DNA of 64,000 bases from contig CAYRSR010000001.1 of assembly GCA_964427275.1 (NCBI GenBank), positions 20,394 to 84,393 of the forward strand, written 5' to 3'. Positions 59,548 through 64,000 of the stretch are shown piece after piece. The DNA comes from an uncultured Candidatus Saccharibacteria bacterium. Its GTDB lineage: Bacteria > Patescibacteriota > Minisyncoccia > UBA6257 > CAYRSR01. Both the position numbers and the translations under genes were made by a program. Under the pieces are notes generated by a model. The model was not told where the DNA came from. It was given only the letters and a program-made list of their open reading frames with translations, and made no database searches. The first letter of the stretch is position 1, and each line of letters begins with the position of its first letter.

Positions 59548-61503
59548 TTATCTAGTTACTTTCTCCAGTAAAAATTTGTAAATTTCACCAGTTTTTTGAT
59601 TTTCTAAATATAATCCACTTTCATCTTCAAACATCCGCCAGAGAATTTGTCGAGTTTTCTGATCTCTAAAAGTAATGTCTCCTACATCAAAAGCAGCTGC
59701 TTGAATTTTTCCTTCTACATCAAGTTTGTACCCGGTTGCCGGATTTGTTGTCCCAATACCAACGTTGCCACTTGGATCAATTGTTAGATCTGCAACATCA
59801 TCACCGGCACTAAAGGAGAGATCAAGATCCGTCCCTACAGCACCAGTCCTTATCAACACATTCGGTTCAGTTCCTCCAGCTGTCAATACAAAATCAAGTG
59901 CCTTTAGTTCACCTGATGTGTTTTCAGCGATTGCAGATAAAACATATTGAGAAGTGTCCTGTTGACTTCCTTGTACAACCAATTTTGCTCTATCTGGACT
60001 CGTTGTTCCAATGCCAACATTACCGTCATCTTTAATAAACAAGCCTTCTACACCTCCAGATCTAAAAAATCGAAAGCCTCCCCAGTATCTATCTCGCCCC
60101 ATAACCCATTCCTCAGTTGTCCCTTCATTAAAGCCAATCCAGACATCACCACCATCTGGATCAGTCAACCTGAGCTTCCTTTTTGTATTACTTGATTCAC
60201 TAATTTCAAGCTTTGCTCCTGGACTGATTGTTCCGATGCCGACGTTGCCGTCAAAAGTAACTACCAGCTTCCCGCCTCCAGCATCCAGTAATCCGGCCGG
60301 GTTGATTGTTCCGATGCCGACACCGCCTAAGGAATTTACTACAAATCTGCTTGTTGCATCGTTGGAATCTGCTCTTAAAATAGGCTGCTGATAAGAATAA
60401 GAAGTTCCCTCTGGCAAATCAGTAGAAAATGCAGAATCTACAGTTAATGAGGTTTGAGATTCAATTGAAACTATGGTTTTGTATTCATTTCCAGTCCCAG
60501 GGTCGGCAATTAAAATATCTCCTACATTTAATTCGGTTTGGAAGCTGGTGTTATTTCCGGTAACTGTAATATCTGATGAAGAAATTGTTCCGGTTCCGGA
60601 TTGAGCTGCTGTTCCTTTGATATGCAGAACAGAAATTGGTTCAGTCGTTCCAATACCGGTATTTCCAGATGATAATACTATAAATTTTCCTCCGCCAATA
60701 TCTAATAAACCTGAAGGATTCTTAGTTCCTATTCCTACTTTCTTTTGCTTGGTAATTACAAATGGAGGTTCAAGTTCACCAATTCCAGAATGAGGCTCAA
60801 TTTTAAATTTATTTAAATCATCTACATCTACTCCAACAGTAAACTGGTCAGTTGCACCAGCATCAAAAATTAGAGCGGAATCTTCTCCGGTTGGACTAGA
60901 AATTTCTAAATTAGTAAATACACCCTTATCCCAGCGGGAAGCAGAATTCCCTACCGAAAACCAATCATCCTGGTTTGGAATTAAATCTGAATCAAAAGTA
61001 GCAGCTGAAACTTTTCCAATTGCAGTAGTCAAAGTTCTACTAATCTGCATTAAAGGAGAAGGAGAATTATAAGTTAAAGTAATATTTAATTCTACAATTG
61101 CTTTTCCGCCCGGATTTTCATATTTAGTGACCTCAAAATTATCTACTTTTACCCGAGTAGTAGTTAATGAGGTCTTATCCGCAGTTCCCTGCTTTAGATA
61201 AACTGCATTATTATCAGCTGAAATTATAGTTGGGTCAATAGCTGAGTTTCTCATTCTCAGTATTAATTCAGCTGAAGTTTCACCAGGTTTATTTTCAATT
61301 AAACTTGATTGACGAACCAGCCGTTGAATAGTATCCTGCACAAACCGCAATTGAGTAGTAACTTCCGAGCCAGCAGTCAGTCTTTGATGAGCCCTGGTAA
61401 TGCTTAAAAGAATAGCAGTAAAAATGCCTGAAGCAACAGCAAAAATAGCAATATAAATTAACAGCTCCATCAATGTATATCCCTTAAATTTAGATGAAAT
61501 CAT
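59548..61503 (-). CDS. Pilin-anchored fibre/adhesin-like protein
   Basis: KGYTLMELLIY N-methylation motif; six G.VGIGT..P repeats. Confidence 0.85.
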   Translation of the reverse strand: MISSKFKGYTLMELLIYIAIFAVASGIFTAILLSITRAHQRLTAGSEVTTQLRFVQDTIQRLVRQSSLIENKPGETSAELILRMRNSAIDPTIISADNNAVYLKQGTADKTSLTTTRVKVDNFEVTKYENPGGKAIVELNITLTYNSPSPLMQISRTLTTAIGKVSAATFDSDLIPNQDDWFSVGNSASRWDKGVFTNLEISSPTGEDSALIFDAGATDQFTVGVDVDDLNKFKIEPHSGIGELEPPFVITKQKKVGIGTKNPSGLLDIGGGKFIVLSSGNTGIGTTEPISVLHIKGTAAQSGTGTISSSDITVTGNNTSFQTELNVGDILIADPGTGNEYKTIVSIESQTSLTVDSAFSTDLPEGTSYSYQQPILRADSNDATSRFVVNSLGGVGIGTINPAGLLDAGGGKLVVTFDGNVGIGTISPGAKLEISESSNTKRKLRLTDPDGGDVWIGFNEGTTEEWVMGRDRYWGGFRFFRSGGVEGLFIKDDGNVGIGTTSPDRAKLVVQGSQQDTSQYVLSAIAENTSGELKALDFVLTAGGTEPNVLIRTGAVGTDLDLSFSAGDDVADLTIDPSGNVGIGTTNPATGYKLDVEGKIQAAAFDVGDITFRDQKTRQILWRMFEDESGLYLENQKTGEIYKFLLEKVTR

Positions 61504-61652
61504 ATTTTAATAATTATATCTTACTCTAGAAAAATTGCAATTATTTGTATAAGATGAGTACATTTTTGATAACTAAATGTCTTCACTTGAAATTTAATGC
61601 ATCTAAATGACTTATATCTTTTTTAAATTAATTTTGGTAAAATAGTATTAAG

Positions 61653-63092
61653 ATGATTTCAATTAAAGACTTCAAAAAAATTAATCCCTGGCTCTGGGAG
61701 ATTCCCAAAAACTTTAGAAAGGATATGAGAGTTCCGGCTAGAATTTATGCATCAGAGAAGCTTTGCAAGGATATTTTCAGAGACCAATCAATTTCCCAGC
61801 TAATCAATACCTCTACTCTACCTGGAATTGTTAAATACGCTATGGCTATGCCAGATATACATGAAGGTTATGGATTTCCAATCGGTGGAGTAGTGGCCAC
61901 TAGAACCTCCGACGGAGTAATTTCTCCTGGAGGAATTGGCTTTGATATTAATTGTGGAGTAAGGTTACTAAAATCAGACTTTACTGCTGAAGAAATAAAA
62001 CCTTATTTAGATAAGTTAGCTCAAGAAATTCAACAGGCAGTTCCTTCAGGTTTGGGTAGAGCTAGAAAAACCAAAATTAGCTTGATCGACTTAAACAAAG
62101 TTTTAAAATATGGAGTTAAAAGTTTACTTGAAAATGGCTATGGAGAAAAAGAAGATTTCGAAAATTGCGAAGCAAATGGAAGCTTAAATTTAGCTGAACC
62201 AGATTTAGTTTCCAATCATGCCAAAGAAAGAGGCAGAAACCAGCTTGGTACTCTTGGTTCAGGAAATCATTTTCTGGAAATTCAGCAAGTAGTTCAAATT
62301 TATGACCAGAAAATAGCTGAAGTTTTTGGGTTGTATTTAAACCAGATAGTAATAATGCTTCATACCGGCTCCAGGGGTTTAGGGCATCAGGTTTGTACCG
62401 ACTACCTAAAAGTAATGAGAAGAGCAGTAGATAAATATAGGATTACTTTACCAGACCGAGAACTTTGTTGCGCTCCATTTAATTCTCCAGAAGGAAGAAA
62501 TTATTTCCGGGCAATGTGTGCAGCAGCAAACTTTGGCTTTTCGAATCGTCAGATGATTACCTACTATGTTCGAAAAGTTTGGAAAAAAGTTTTTGGTAGT
62601 AGAAATCTTAAGCTTTTATATGGAGTAGCTCATAACATTGCTAAAATTGAAAAATATCAGGTTAATGGAAAAACTGAAGAATTATGCGTTCATCGAAAAG
62701 GAGCCACTCGAGCTTTTCCACCAGGAAGTCCGGAAATTCCTGAAAAATACCGAGAAGTTGGCCAGCCAGTATTAATTCCTGGTTCAATGGGAACTTCTTC
62801 ATATGTTTTAGCTGGTACCAAATCTGGAGAACAAGCCTGGTACTCAACCTGTCATGGTTCAGGAAGAACTATGTCCAGGCACCAGGCAATTAAGAGATTT
62901 CCTGGTCGAGAAGTGATAGAAAATTTACAGGCAAAAGGAATCATTGTAAAATACCAGGGATATCGTGGGATAGCCGAAGAAGCACCTGGTGCTTACAAAG
63001 ATGTTGATAAAGTAGTTGAAACAGTTCATCAAAGTGGACTTTCCAGAAAAGTTGCTAAACTCAAGCCACTAGCAGTAATCAAGGGAGAATAA
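61653..63092 (+). CDS. rtcB: RNA-splicing ligase RtcB
   Basis: MPDIHEGYGFPIGGV, DINCGVR, GSGNHF, HRKGATR and HGSGR motifs. Confidence 0.96.
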   Translation: MISIKDFKKINPWLWEIPKNFRKDMRVPARIYASEKLCKDIFRDQSISQLINTSTLPGIVKYAMAMPDIHEGYGFPIGGVVATRTSDGVISPGGIGFDINCGVRLLKSDFTAEEIKPYLDKLAQEIQQAVPSGLGRARKTKISLIDLNKVLKYGVKSLLENGYGEKEDFENCEANGSLNLAEPDLVSNHAKERGRNQLGTLGSGNHFLEIQQVVQIYDQKIAEVFGLYLNQIVIMLHTGSRGLGHQVCTDYLKVMRRAVDKYRITLPDRELCCAPFNSPEGRNYFRAMCAAANFGFSNRQMITYYVRKVWKKVFGSRNLKLLYGVAHNIAKIEKYQVNGKTEELCVHRKGATRAFPPGSPEIPEKYREVGQPVLIPGSMGTSSYVLAGTKSGEQAWYSTCHGSGRTMSRHQAIKRFPGREVIENLQAKGIIVKYQGYRGIAEEAPGAYKDVDKVVETVHQSGLSRKVAKLKPLAVIKGE

Positions 63093-63120
63093 TTAAGTCA
63101 GTAAGATTAGTTAAAGGCTT

Positions 63121-63261
63121 ATGAAAAAGAAGATGCCCAAGTCTTTAAGAAAATTTATTCGCAGAAAAAAAGCTGAAATTAGAAGAAAGTTTTTAGATCC
63201 AGAAAAGGCTCAGCAAGAAATTAAAAAATTTTTAGAAACTCTAAAAACTAAAAAAAATAAC
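63121..63261 (+). CDS. Small very basic protein (46 aa, below ORF-track cutoff)
   Basis: MKKKMPKSLRKFIRRKKAEIRRKFLDPEKAQQEIKKFLETLKTKKK; fills the gap between rtcB and the LOG gene. Confidence 0.7.
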
Positions 63262-63263
63262 TT

Positions 63264-63824
63264 ATGCTCGAACAAAAGCTAAAACATGCAATCTGCATAT
63301 CCGGAACAGCTGATCTAGATGTTTGCAGTGAAGAAACTAAACAAAAAGCTTTTAAAATTGGTAAGGAAATTGCCAAACGAGATTTAATTTTACTTACTGG
63401 GGCTACCACTGGAATTCCTTATCTGGCAGCTCAAGGAGCTAAAAAAGCTGGAGGAATAGTATTTGGCTTCTCTCCAGCTGCCTCAAAGGTCAGTCACTTA
63501 AAAACCTATCATTTACCGATAACTTATCATGATGTAATTGTCTACACTGGATTTGGTTATTCTGGAAGAAATTTATTTTTAATTCGGGCTGCTGACGGAA
63601 TAATCATAATTAACGGAAGAATGGGAACATTAAACGAATTTACCATTGCTTTCGAAGACAAAAAACCAATAGGAGTTTTAACTGGAAGCGGAGGTACAGC
63701 TGATAAGATTGAAAAGATAGTTAAGGAAGCTCACCGGGGTCCAGGAAAAATTGTATACGATTCCAATCCATCCAAACTCCTGGATAAATTAATTAAACAA
63801 ATTGAAGAAGAAGAAAAGCTATAA
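63264..63824 (+). CDS. LOG/SLOG family protein
   Basis: TGATTG.P, TGFGYSGRN and GTLNEF motifs. Confidence 0.88.
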   Translation: MLEQKLKHAICISGTADLDVCSEETKQKAFKIGKEIAKRDLILLTGATTGIPYLAAQGAKKAGGIVFGFSPAASKVSHLKTYHLPITYHDVIVYTGFGYSGRNLFLIRAADGIIIINGRMGTLNEFTIAFEDKKPIGVLTGSGGTADKIEKIVKEAHRGPGKIVYDSNPSKLLDKLIKQIEEEEKL

Positions 63825-64000
63825 CATCTGATGAAATTCATTAATAGCTTGAATTAATTCTTTAAAACTGGTGTTAGTAATATTTAGCTGATTTTCAAAT
63901 TGATAAGCAGATATTGATTTAAATGACTTAAATTTTATTTGTAAAATCTGACGTTTAAACTTTTTGCTTTTATTTTCAGCTTCAAATTTAAGTTTTTCAA

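Overview
AT-rich chromosomal window from a Patescibacteria/CPR bacterium, most likely Parcubacteria/Paceibacteria (judged from 16S signatures, gene content and shortened housekeeping proteins). Most genes lie on the minus strand. Contents: type IV pilus genes (two PilB/GspE ATPases, PilC, five pilin-like genes); translation and repair genes (tRNA-Leu, rplS, rpsT, tyrS, metG, glyQS, recA, holA, rtcB); a decayed island at about 23-27 kb; an 18-kb surface-glycan locus (wbpABED, a 2-epimerase, wzm/wzt, a C5-epimerase-like gene); and a fakA-fakB-plsY fatty-acid scavenging operon. A stand-alone 16S rRNA gene carries a GIY-YIG-encoding insertion in V1 and lacks the canonical anti-Shine-Dalgarno tail. 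Most notable leads: (1) an AAAGGTCG leader motif 17-21 nt upstream of lemA and both major pilins, complementary to the 16S helix-26 loop, a candidate alternative ribosome-recruitment signal; (2) a four-helix-bundle gene enclosed by inverted heptamer arrays, plus dispersed gene-less versions of related arrays; (3) the Fak/PlsY lipid route in a lineage thought to lack lipid synthesis; (4) orphan genes with strong SD sites despite the missing anti-SD. All calls are by eye from the sequence and ORF track; no searches were run.
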